DNA from: Marsupella aquatica
Taxonomy: Eukaryota > Plantae > Marchantiophyta
Direction: 5' to 3'
DNA length: 64,000 bases
Assembly: GCA_973895155.1 (NCBI GenBank)
Contig: OZ316892.1
Location: 20,647,619-20,711,618, forward strand
The notes beneath the pieces are model-generated. The model was not told the origin of the DNA and searched no databases. It saw nothing but the letters and a program-made list of their open reading frames with translations. Positions 1-11,459 of the stretch are shown here, in pieces. Both the position numbers and the translations under genes were made by a program. Positions within the stretch are counted from its first letter, which is position 1. The number at the start of each line of letters is the position of its first letter.

Positions 1-1547
1 GGGAGAGGAAGCTCTTCTAACTGTATAAACCCAACACCAAATTTTAAATGTATAGCATTTTGACTTCCTATCCTTATCTATTGGGGGTATTATCTTGGGA
101 AACTTGTATATGAGAATCAAAGTATGAATACTCTTGTAATAATTGTCTAAAATTAGACAATTAGAAATAATGAATTAGTAAAATGCCATGGTATTTTTGG
201 AGTCAATAGCGTTCTAGCGCAGCACAGAGCAATGATGCAACAACGTTTCATCGTAAACGACATTAATTTGCGTTTTAGAGTAAAGGCAGAATAACATAAT
301 TGCGCAACGATACTTCGACGTGTTTTGCCCAACCGCTTTTATATTCATGACTTTGACTTTTGCCTTGACTATGGCGGGGTATTTACATAAGACAGGAAAT
401 AGGAAACTAGGAAACCCAAAATAGGAACTGATGACAGGAAATAGGAAACCAAATACACAAAACTTCAATGAATAATGCGGGAATTTTTTTGGGGGTGAAC
501 CAAGATCTTGACATTCAAAACAGGTTTTTGAGAAGATTCGTGTCAAATTCCAAGAAAAATGGTTCAGAACAACATCAGACGCTCGTTTTATAAACTTTTG
601 GGAATTGTACATTTAATCCCGGGTATTCCCAAAAAGCATAGGCTTGCACCAGGCGCTACCAAAACTAGTCAATAACAACCAAATGTTCGCTATCTACTCT
701 ATAACAACCAAATCAATATATGATAGCGATTAGCAAATGTCAGTCTCTCATCCATTACCACAAATGAAAGGGTTAGTCCCGATCAGCAAAAACTAGGCTA
801 GTCACAAAAGACATTGTCGTCTTTGTGTATTGGGATATTCAAGAACATTGAGCACACTAGCGTCGGGCGCTAGTGCTCTTGGTCGTGGATGAATCGCACT
901 CATCATCGATGCCAGCCATAGATCGGGCTCTTTGACATTATGAATTGGCTTTGACAAGAAATCCAGAAGAAGAAGATTTGTCTTGCCCCGATATTGGCTA
1001 TCCCAACCCAGTAGTAGCTCTAGTCGCTCGAAACATAAAATCTAAAAATTATCCATGCAATGTGGGAATTAGGTAATCCAAAAAAAGAATATGGCAGAGC
1101 CGAGCACTTACCAAAGGACGTAAGAAATCTTGACATTGAAACAAACCAAATCCAACCAATTTGCACGTACATCCGACGCCACTCCACAATCCACAAAGTC
1201 TTGTGATGGATAATTCATTTAGCAAGATGGTAGAGCCAGGCGCTGATATAAGTTTAAAGTGATCCGGGGTGTCCACACTGACGGAAGGATTGAAAAATTC
1301 AAAATGCAACGCGCATCTGATATCTCTCACTTGATACGACTGGCCGGTATACTAGCGCTAGACACTTGTAAGAGTTTAAGACAAGCGATGCCAGAAATGG
1401 CTAAGAGATCCTCAAACTAATCAAAAACAAACTAATCAATTAAGCTATAGGCATCCGCCAGATCAGATCCAATCTCATCATTACATTTTGAAAATTACGC
1501 TAATAGTGTCCATTGTGAAGATGACCATACTAGCACTGGGCGCTAGT

Positions 1548-2010
1548 CTACTCATTCGTAGATGATCCACAATCATCCTCGATTCTAACTGCAGATTCGA
1601 CTCTATCAGGAATGAAACCATGCTCACGGGTCCTGATGTAAGCCAAAGATGGCTTTCGCTCAACACCTCTTTGGAGAAACTTACCAAGAATGGTGGTGTT
1701 TTGGAAATCAATACGGCCAAGTTCTTCCTGTTTCCTCATTTCATCCTCCCGAGTTGGACTATGGGGAGGAGGTGGTCAGTGAACCGTAAACCTTTCAACA
1801 AATATTTATGGTGGAGAATCCCTCAACCATGGGATAAGCATTTCACCGGGACTAATTGCTTCGTCTTGCGGAAGGTTGAAGCGGTTGCGGAAGTCACTTG
1901 TTTCCAACCAATTGAGCTGTTCAGTGACGGGAATCAAACCCTCTTCCAAGATGATAGAACTTGTTCTTCAAACGTACGCCGCAGAAATTCTCCTTAGACT
2001 ATCCATGGCG
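1548..2010 (-). pseudogene. Degenerate ~150-codon ORF of unknown function (MDSLRRISAAYV*RTSSIILEEG...RIEDDCGSSTNE)
   Basis: Single frame from an ATG near 2008, interrupted only by TGA/TAA codons compatible with CGA/CAA deamination; its end coincides with the ORF-track fragment 1548-1739. Confidence 0.35.
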
Positions 2011-2149
2011 GGTCAGGAAAAAAACTCGAACAAAATCAAAAGTGGGGAAGACCTAAAAGATTAAAATCAAGGTTCACCCAAAAAGTTGATGCAATACTAG
2101 ACACTCAGGACGCAATCACAAAAATGTTATAGGGAAAAGGGTGTAAGTT

Positions 2150-2238
2150 TGTTGCGGTCTCAACCAGCCGTTGCATCCTCAAACTCTCGTTGCGACCTCA
2201 AACGGCTATTGCAACCTCAAATGATTGTTGCGACTAAC
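2150..2238. repeat. ~19-20 bp tandem repeat GTTGCRnCCTCAA, about 5 copies
   Basis: gttgcggtctcaa, gttgcatcctcaa, gttgcgacctcaa, attgcaacctcaa and gttgcgactaa read directly. Confidence 0.7.
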
Positions 2239-2532
2239 TAGACGACCTTAGAATGGGACAAAAGTTCAATGGGAAAATTCCACTGACATCATCCAAAAAG
2301 AACGGGAATATCAATGTAATATTGTCTTGACCATCATACAATTATAGTAGCGCCTGTATACTATAGCAACAATGTAATATTACGCGCATAATAAAAGGAA
2401 GACACACCATAGTTGCAACTGACATGTTGAATATCTTTGATTATACAATATTTCCTACATACATTTGAGTAGCGCCTGGCGCTAGCATAGTTCCACTAAA
2501 AAATAAATCCAAGAATACAATTTCGAGCAAAT

Positions 2533-3660
2533 TTAATCTGAGCACTCTGATTCACTTGATTCAGACCTGTCGGTGGATTCTGCCTCTACGTCTAAAAATT
2601 TTCTCTTGGTCATATCATCCACAAATTGGTTACGAATAAATTTTCTATCAGATCCTCTCCTTAATCTCAAACCTTCATTCTCCCAGTGTAGGGTCCACAC
2701 ACTGTCAACTCTTCTAGCAAAATTTTCAGCATAGGAAGGTAAGACAAATGGTTTCTTGGGAGTTTCAATATATTGCCTAGCTACTTTCCTTCTGAGTGCG
2801 AAGATTCTAGTCTGACCTGAGGAGGGGAATATTGTATTTTATGCCCAATTTTATGTCAATGGCCACAATATTTGCAAAAAGGGAAATAAAGAAATGTGAC
2901 ATCAAAGAAAGAAGAAGGGAATTGACCGTAATAAAAAAACCGGGTTAGCTTATGAGCTTACTCGATAGTTTCTTACTCATAAGAGTCTCCGTTGTCACTC
3001 CCTCCATTAGATCCTGGATCTTCTCCGGTTAGAGACACTCTGGGAATGTTGGGATCCTCCTCTTCTTCCCCCTCTTCTGCCTCATCCTCATCTTTGGAGT
3101 CAAAATTTAAGACTGATTTAAGTTTGTCCCTCTTTCATTTTGCAATCGCAGGCTCTAGAGGGGCTTTGGACTCAGATACTTTGGGAGTTAGAAGGTCCAG
3201 AAATATCTTTGAAGCGGTTTCAACGAACTCCTACCTATTCTCGAGTCCAATTACAAATTGACCACAATAATCACCTGCCACAAATGTACTCCCGGAACCT
3301 ACAACCCAATCCAGAACAATATCTTCGGGACACGTGATTAGTTCCAGAACAGACTGCATAAATCCTGGATATAGTCTAGCATTCCCGGAAAATCCAAGCT
3401 CGGGAGTTGTATCCACCTTTGCAAATGGAAGTCCAATCAAATTTGTGATAGAGGGATCCTACGTTCTTGAAAGAGGTTTGAACTTAGGATCCTTTGGAAC
3501 TTTCACCTTGGATGATACCCGAGAAAATATATCCAAACATAAAGTGAATACCTGAAAAGGGAACATAAACCAGTAAGGACCTAATAATTCTAATAGCATC
3601 GGGCGCTAGCAAAGAATCCAGAGTACGATTAAGTGTACCTGGAATGACATTAAAATTTAT
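2533..3660 (-). pseudogene. N6-adenine/N4-cytosine DNA methyltransferase-like pseudogene (C-terminal SAM-binding half), intron-containing
   Basis: Translation RLYPGFMQSVLELITCPEDIVLDWVVGSGSTFVAGDYCGQFVIGLENR*EFVETASKIF follows the beta-class amino-MTase pattern (..S.PGD.VLDPFxGSGTT..AA...GR..IG.E...Y...A). GT-AG intron at 3638-3552, in-frame TAG/TGA stops, acidic tail, tentative last exon 2816-2533. Confidence 0.6.
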
Positions 3661-3899
3661 AATAAAGCACTGGATTTGACAAGACTTTTGCTTTCTCCCA
3701 CATCTTCACATTCTTCACACAACAAGCTTTTGCCCTTTGCCCTTTGCCCCTATTGATGTTGGAAGAATTAATTGAGCATCATGATTGTACCGTCAAAGAG
3801 CTCCCACATCGTCCGTTGCGATTGGCACTTTAGTCACTTGTATAAAAATAATAATCAACTCGAGTATTCTTGTATTTAAAAATTTCTCTTGAGAGAGTG

Positions 3900-5000
3900 T
3901 CCACTTTTGATCGTTATCAATGGACCAAACAGAACATTAGAGAAGAAATGTACAGAGGTAGATTGACAAGGATGAAGCTGATTGGGATGAGGATGATTGT
4001 TTTGGGGATCTCATACTGTTTGAAGGACCTTTTTCAATCCCAGTATTCTCTAGAGGCAGCAAAAAAAGAAGACATGAAGGATCCGGGCCTGGGAGGAGCA
4101 AAAATGTTGACAAAAAAAAAAGGCTCAAGATTTGTGGAATGATTATTTTCAGAATCTCCAACTTTTGGGGAGTTGACATTCAGGCAAAGGTTTCAAATGA
4201 GCTCCGGGTTGTTTAACAAAATCCTCCCTTTTGTGTGTGCTAATGACAGTTTTTTTGGTTTGAAGGTTGATGTTGCTGGGAAATTAGGGTTGAGTCCACA
4301 TCCAAAGATCACTACATGATCGCGACAATTAGCATATGAAATTGGGGTGGATGTCATGGATGAATACTGCATGATTGATGAGAGTACTGCTTTGGAATCA
4401 TTATACATATTTGTGGTAGCATTCAGGGAATTGTGTGAAGACCAATACTTGAGAAAACCAGATGTCAAGGATTTCAGACGAATTTAGAAATAAACTAGGA
4501 GATATGCTTTCTTGGACAATACTCAAACAAAGGCAAATGCAAATCTATCATTCTAGAAGCTATTGTAGATCAAGAATTGTGATTTTGGCATGCCTTTTTT
4601 GGGGTTCACTTGGCGGGGGAATAATGACTTGAATGTGTTGGGCAGGTCACCGATTATCAATGAGTGGATACTGAATGATTTTGCAATGTGTCTTACCATG
4701 TCAACGGTACAAAGTACCACATGACTTATTTGTTGGTAGATGAAATCTACCCAGAGTGTCAATGTTTGTGTCAAGTGTGCATCAACCACAAATAGAGAAA
4801 TTAAAACACTTTGCTAGATGTCAGGAGGGTGTGCAAAAGGATGTGGAGAGGGTCTTTGGTGTCTTGCAAGCTCAGTTTGAAATAGTAAAGAGATTGGCCA
4901 GATCTTGATTTGAGTCCAATATCACCAACATCCTCTTGGTTGTGTCATATTACACAACATGATCATAGAGGATTCATGAGCAAGGAGATAACTTTCCTCC
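3900..5000 (+). pseudogene. PIF/Harbinger DDE transposase, degenerate
   Basis: Fragments IILEAIVDQEL.FWHAFFG, NNDLNVLGRSP, YLLVDEIYP, QEGVQKDVERVFGVLQAQFEIV, CVILHNMIIED, with stops and frameshifts. Confidence 0.8.
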
Positions 5001-5649
5001 ATACTTAAGGGTGAGGGCACCAAGGGTGAGAAGAGGATTCAATCTGTCATAGCTAGATTTTCTAGATGCAACCAAAAGAGATCAACAATAAGGACAATCA
5101 TTTCAGGTTGAGAAATGATATAGTAGATCATTTGTGGACTAGAAAAGGGACAGGTTTTGCTCACCATTGATAAACTCATGATTGAAGAGCTCAGAGATTT
5201 TTTTCCAAGGAATTTAGGTACAACATCATTTTGAGATATGCCAATAAATTTATTCTTGGATCTTGTATACAAGCATTTTGCTTTTCTGTATATAAACACT
5301 TCAACTTTCAGCATCCTTTTGTCAGGAATGAGCTTTCAAAAATTTGTGGGCATGTTTGCCTTGTTGATTTGGTCTAAAATAGCCAGATTGTCAAATTGCT
5401 TGTTCAGATAAGTCATGGGCATTGGACTCAAGATTGAGAGCAATGAAGTGTCAACTTACATTCATTGCAACAATCAAAACTACATATCAGAATGATAAAG
5501 ACAATAAGCAATAGAATTGATTGGAACAAAAAAACTACTTCATCTCAATTCACATTCTTGGGAGTACAATCAAAATGTGGAGTTTTTTATCCTTGGAATC
5601 CCAGAACTAAACATAATTCTTTATTACAACTAATTTGCGTCTAATGCCA

Positions 5650-6700
5650 AGCAAGGAATTGGTTATCAAACTTGGGTATATCCTCTAGGTGATCCTCATG
5701 ACCCCAAACATTATGGTTTGTTCATGTGTCCTCCACCTAGGCCTCCTCAAGATTGTCTTGGCTTTCTTCACTGTTTGGCTCCTCAACATTGATATTGGGA
5801 GTCATAGTTGCTAGGACAGTTCTTTGGACAGCAAGCTACTATTTTACAAAGGTGGTAGATTTGTAACAATAGGGAGCCTCACCAATGGAAGTTGTTGTGG
5901 TGCCTATACCATCATGAGCTCTACCAATTTCCTTGCTACTTCTAATTTTGAATTTCTCATGACATCTTAAATATACCTTTGGCTCCATGTTATCAATTGG
6001 CATTGTGAGCAAATTCATGAGGGAGTTGTGCTTCATAATGGTCACCTGGTCTCAAATTGCAACAGCCATGTCCTTGCTAGCTAGAGCTATTATTTTTAAA
6101 GCATCCTCTTGTTGCTTTACCCTCTTCAATTCCTTTTTTTCCCTCTTGGCCCTTGGGATCTTTTTTTGCTAGCAGACATCTCATTGTCGCCTACAGATCC
6201 ATTGTCAGTAGTGCCTCCCCGTTGAGAGATGCGCCTTTTGTTTCTCTATGATGAGCTATTTTTTCTTCTTCCCCTTTGCCATCTTGTCAGCTAGATTGCC
6301 CCACCTCGGGCACTCCTTCAAAATCCAGAAGCAAAATTCAAATGCAAAATTTTTATTTTTGGGTGATTCTACTTGTACAACTCCTTGACTTTAGTCAATG
6401 AATCTTTAGCATTTGTCCCAGAAATCTGCAAGTCATCAACCTATTGGTAGCAACCAATAAATTTGGAAACATCGTGCTTGATGACTACCCACTTTCCCTC
6501 AAGAGACTTTCTTCCTCTCACCTCAACGCCCTTTGGCTTGTGATTCTCATAGTTTTAATTCAATCACCCTATCCAAGAATTTATTCGCTCTTTGTCCAGC
6601 ACCAACACATGGATCCCATGAAATGTGTAGCACACTATAGCATAGTTGTTTCAACTCCTAGTTCATGTAATTCTAGCCACGACTTGCTGCCATCTTGAAC
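5650..6700 (-). pseudogene. Harbinger Myb/SANT-like (NAM-associated) ORF remnant
   Basis: FAFEFCFWILKECPRWG near 6300-6350 and GTNAKDSLTKVKELYK, typical of the second Harbinger gene. Confidence 0.6.
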
Positions 6701-7129
6701 TGCAGCTATACGCAGAATTGAAAGGAGATTGGATTGGACAATAAAAAATCATGCAAAACTTGTGGGTTCATCCCCACCACTCGTGAACTATGTTGTGCTT
6801 GTCCTTCAGAGTTCTCTAGCAGGAAGGTTGAATCAATCACACAAATTCTGGCGCAATGCTTGCAATAGAAACCAATGGTCCCAGCCGACAAGAGATTTTG
6901 CCGTGTGGACTACCGCTGGCCATTGATGCATATGGGGGCCTTGACTAGAGCATACACAGCCAACCTCCTTCTAGGGAAAATCTAGCGATAGGCAAGGAAA
7001 AAATGGAGTCTCCAAACGTTTGGAGGTTGCAGAGTATGGTGGGAGAGTCCATCTCCAAAAAGCAGCCACTATGTGGATATTTGGCGGATGGGGGGCTAAA
7101 AAATGATACTGTTGGTGATGCACTTAGGG

Positions 7130-8925
7130 TTAATAATATTGCCTAAACTCAAGGATGCCAACTCCTCCTCCATGCAAAGCTTGAGAGCCCGCGGTCCAAG
7201 CTTCTTAGCCAACCCTTTCTCGGTTGGCAAGATTGGACATCCATGCTCTTGCTCCTACACTCAACAAAATTAATGCTCCTTTTGAACTCAATATTACCTC
7301 AAAAATGTAAACCCTTCATAACCCTTGATATTGGTTTAAAAAACATCCCCCCTTTACTTTCAAAACAAAAAATTCCTAAGCACTTGGCCAAAACCATGGC
7401 CCACTTGGCCAATACACCCATTCAAAATTTAAAATTTTGAATTTATCTGATCCTACCATATCGGACTCCTCTTTGGCGCATCAGAAGCTAGCTTGCCCGA
7501 TACCTAGGGTCCGATAAAACATCCAATTTCAAAGTAATTGGACCTAGATCAAACACAGCCCCACAACCAACCATAGCAAAGCATCCGATGTTTTTTTCAA
7601 CTAAGAAATTTTGGACATAAATTGAAAGTAGCAGAAAGAATTGAAAACTGAAAATTCGTGACAAGATGACGTACCTCAATTTCCACAATAGCATAAGAAG
7701 GGGAGTTGAGGGGGGGTTGTGTAGGTAATTACCTAGGATTGGTGCCTAAGGTGATCAAGAAGAGGAAGGACCTTGCAAGGAGGTAGAAATTGAAAGAGGA
7801 GGGGGACCCGAGGGGGACAAATAACTCACAAACTCTACTTTGAGATGAAGGGCCCACCTTACCCCATCCTTTAATTTGGTCTCTTCTCCACTATCAATTG
7901 CCTTCTAATTGCCATGGGAGGGTCTCCAAGCTGTCAAGGGTCTCCAAGCTGTCCTAATTTTCTCTCCCATTCAATTGCTTTGTACTACAAAGGGTGGATG
8001 TCAATAGTCTCTTCCGCAAGGGCCCTCTTATCTACATCAAAAACCTCAACTTGCCAAGCATGGACCTACAACTCAACCTCAATCCAAGCAAACCAGGCAT
8101 TAGCATCTTTGTCATTTTGGGGAATTTCCCTACTTTATCACCTCTTCCTCATCCTTACATTCAAGTAGGTACTTCCTCATCTTCTCCGGACTGATGTGAT
8201 TCCAATGTTCTGCAAGTGATAGAGAGATTTTCCTGTTCAGAAATTGATCATCTAAAAATGAGCCATTGCAGAATCGCTTGTTCACTTGCTCCCTAACCTG
8301 AAATTGCTCCTCTTATCTCTTCTTCCCCCAATAGTCTAAGGGGCCAAATGTGACCTTAATACCTGGCCCAACTGACTCCTCAAGAGCCTATAGCTCTTTG
8401 ATGTGGGAGCCCACTCGATCATAACAACTTAGTTTTACCATTTTGCCCTCTTCTCTACTCGTAGTCTCTCCTCAAAGCCTCTTTGTAGCTCGAGCCTCCT
8501 TGAGGCTCTTCTCTCTCTGTCGTGGTACGTGAGAGGGACTCCTATAGCCTCCCTCTACTCTCCTCCTTCCTGTTTCTTTTCTTCTCCTTCTCTAGCTTGA
8601 TCACATTTCTGTTGGAGGAATCAATGAGCCCTTGAGTCAATTGGACAACTCTCTATAACTTCAGTAGACAGCCCTTCTTGCATCTTGAAAACCTTTGCCA
8701 TTATGACACAAAAGTTTTGCAATGGACCAACTTCATCTCCCCTAGCCCCCCCCCACCATTGCCCTCCATAGCAATCACCTCTAGAGCTTGCGCAATTGAT
8801 CGATCAAGTCCACCCAACACTCTTTCGAAACAATTCTCGATTGAATGCACTTCAGTTGGACGACCTAATTAACAATCCGATGGTATGTCCAATTTCTAAA
8901 CAATCAAAATGTCTGATACTATAAG
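7130..8925 (-). mobile_element. Highly decayed LTR-retrotransposon gag/protease-region remnant
   Basis: Purine-rich minus-strand coding-like remnants and a degenerate reverse-complement iMet PBS (tctgatacta) at ~8912-8921. Confidence 0.35.
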
Positions 8926-10666
8926 CCAACGGGGTTTCTGATTGGATGGTCTGATTGTAGTGCGGCAATATATTCAATCCATCCAATTTTGGGATAACAT
9001 ATATATACTAGGCTGGTATGTTCTTTACCACATATTGTACTTCATTCCAACGTACATATGGTAGTCTATTTGTTATATGTGATGTGGGATATTTTGTGAG
9101 AGGCAAAACATAGGGTATTAACCTTGTGTGTGTATATTGTGCAATACTTGTTTGCATAGGGTTGGGTTGCTGATTTTGTATCTGTTTTTTTAGGGTCCAG
9201 TTTTGCAGTGCCATATGCATCGTGATAGCCCGTGCATCCAGAAGGTATGATGCACTCCCTAAATAGATTTGGAGGTGGACACTTAAAAAGTATTTTTGGC
9301 TCTATCCTTTTAATTTGGTCATTGTTGGACACAATAGTTATGTGGGAATACATCTCTAACTAAGTTTATCATGATATCTCCTTGTGCAGACATTTTGGAT
9401 ATTGTCTTAGGATATTTCCTAAGGCCAAGATCCTATTAGGCATTGTTGAAGATGTGTGTGTGTGTATTTACCTCTTACAAGCTTGCATACTTAGTTATTT
9501 AAATGTAATTGTTTGAATACTTACGAGGGAGCTAAAGTTTGTACATATGATGGGGCAGATGTGGACTTCTAAGAGTTTGGACTCAAACTCGTCATCTTTT
9601 GAGGGGGGCATTGCTCCTCCCCCTGCTAGGCCTCGACATAAGATGTAAGGGAATATGGTTGTTTGCCAAGCTTGGGAGACCATTGAGCATATTGAGAATC
9701 ATGGATGGCACCAGGATATTCAACTTGTGAGGTATGCTCCCTAGTACCTTTTAACCAGACTAATTTGTGGAGGAAACACAATTTTCCCCTTATTGCATGT
9801 CATCTCGTATACATGCAATAATTTTGGGTTTATTTGTGAATGAATAGGTGCCCCATAGGCCCCATTGTCCATTGGTCTCTAATGACCTATGGCTAGAGAC
9901 ACTTTTGGCTGGTGCAAAAGAGATGTTTGCATCAACTTCTACACCCGTTCCTCATAGTCCTCCCCCTATTGAGGCCCAAACTGCACCTATACCAAGGGTG
10001 GAGTACACGGGGTGAGTCACATGCACCTCCATGTAGTAGGGTTCTACGCACTAGAACCGCACTCCCATAGACATTGGAGACGTTATGAACCCTTGGCCAC
10101 TCGCGAGTCCCAAGGCTGGCCCGGGCTTGGTCCATGCTGCTTTGGTAGAGCGACGTGAGAATTACGTTGACCTAGTGGAGGGGAGGTTGGGGTTGTCATA
10201 TCTCACAAGAAAGTCAATGACTCTCTTGAAGGATTTATTGTTTGAGATATTTAAAATCACTCATGACATACCCACTAATGCCTCTGTAGAGATATGGGGG
10301 CGTCAATGAAAAGTCAAGCCGTCCTCCTTTGGTGTTGATGTAGGACTTGAGTTATTTGCTATGGAGGACATTGTGGTCCATCCAAAGCCGGGCGGAGAGG
10401 TTATGATGGGGAGCACTTATTTCCTTACCTTGGTGTCGTAGACACTACCAAAAACTGAAACATTATTGTTGATCCTATGCGATGTGATAACATTGCCGAT
10501 GGAGAGGGAGAGGACTTGAACCAAATGTAGAGTGGGTTCAAATTTTTGGAGCACCACTACCACCTTACTATGTCAAGCATATGGATTACCATGTATTATG
10601 ACTATAGCGATTGAGACTATTAGGGCTGATGAGAGATATTTTGTGACTATGATTGGGATGCGCCTA

Positions 10667-11035
10667 AGAGAGGTATTTACAAACGACAGCAAATAGCAAA
10701 AAGTAGAGCAAACTGGAAATGGTAACAGTAAACAAAAACACGTTTATTAGAAATATGAGTGGTAATTTTTTTTCATTTTTTTTCATTTTTTTTCTAAATA
10801 AGTTTTTTTTTTGCCAAAAACTTTTTTTTGCCAACGCCCGGCGCTGGCAATGCTAGCGCCCAAAGCTAGCCAAAAATATTTTAATTTAATTTTTTTTGGA
10901 AAATGTGACTTTTTGAAAATATTTTTTGATTGTCATTTTTCCTAGTAACAGTAACTTTTTGCTGGTAACAGGAAAATTTTTGTTGGTACCAGGAAACCTG
11001 TTTCTTGTTTTCTGTCACGGGTGTCATACCCCGCC
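10667..11035. mobile_element. MITE (~370 bp) with imperfect TIRs
   Basis: Left AGAGAGGTATTTACAAACGACAGCAAATAGCAAA versus reverse complement of right end GGCGGGGTATGACACCCGTGACAGAAAACAAGAAAC; TA on both flanks; internal GGTAACAG repeats. Confidence 0.55.
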
Positions 11036-11459
11036 TAAGATAAACATGCAATGTAATTCATAAGAATAACATTGTATGCAACCATCTTTATCACAAGAAT
11101 GACTTATGGATATAGAGATACATATAAATTTAATTTTCTAGACATAATATAAAATTTGAAATATATAGTCACACTTCCATGTGTTATTGGTAAAAAAAAT
11201 TGGATTTGTAATAATTGGCTAAGTTAATTAAACACCATGGCCTAATATAAATATTGTTGTTCTATGTATACAATACATTTGTTCAGCCAGATGTTGAGGT
11301 ATTAGCACGAGCTGTACGATAACATCTCCCTGAGTCTGGAATGAGGTCAAGCATTCCACATGAAGTACCTGAATCTCCCCAAGAAAGAGTGGATGAGGAG
11401 CGCACTATGGATCAATTGATGCTCCAATTCATGGATGTAGAGGAAGATGATCATGACAT

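Larger units (their letters stand above)
373..3660 (-). mobile_element. Decayed TIR DNA-transposon-like segment carrying several minus-strand pseudo-ORFs including an amino-methyltransferase remnant
   Basis: Starts GGCGGGGTATTTACATAAGACAGGAAATAGGAAAC (373), resembling both ends of the MITE at 10667-11035; AGGAAATAGGAAAC subterminal repeats at 392-450; dispersed TAGCGCCnGGCGCTA-type palindromes. Right end not found. Confidence 0.45.
3700..7124. mobile_element. PIF/Harbinger DNA transposon remnant (transposase + Myb/SANT-like partner, convergent)
   Basis: Both characteristic genes present as remnants; TIR-like TGTTGGTGATGCACT at 7110-7124. Left boundary approximate. Confidence 0.75.
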
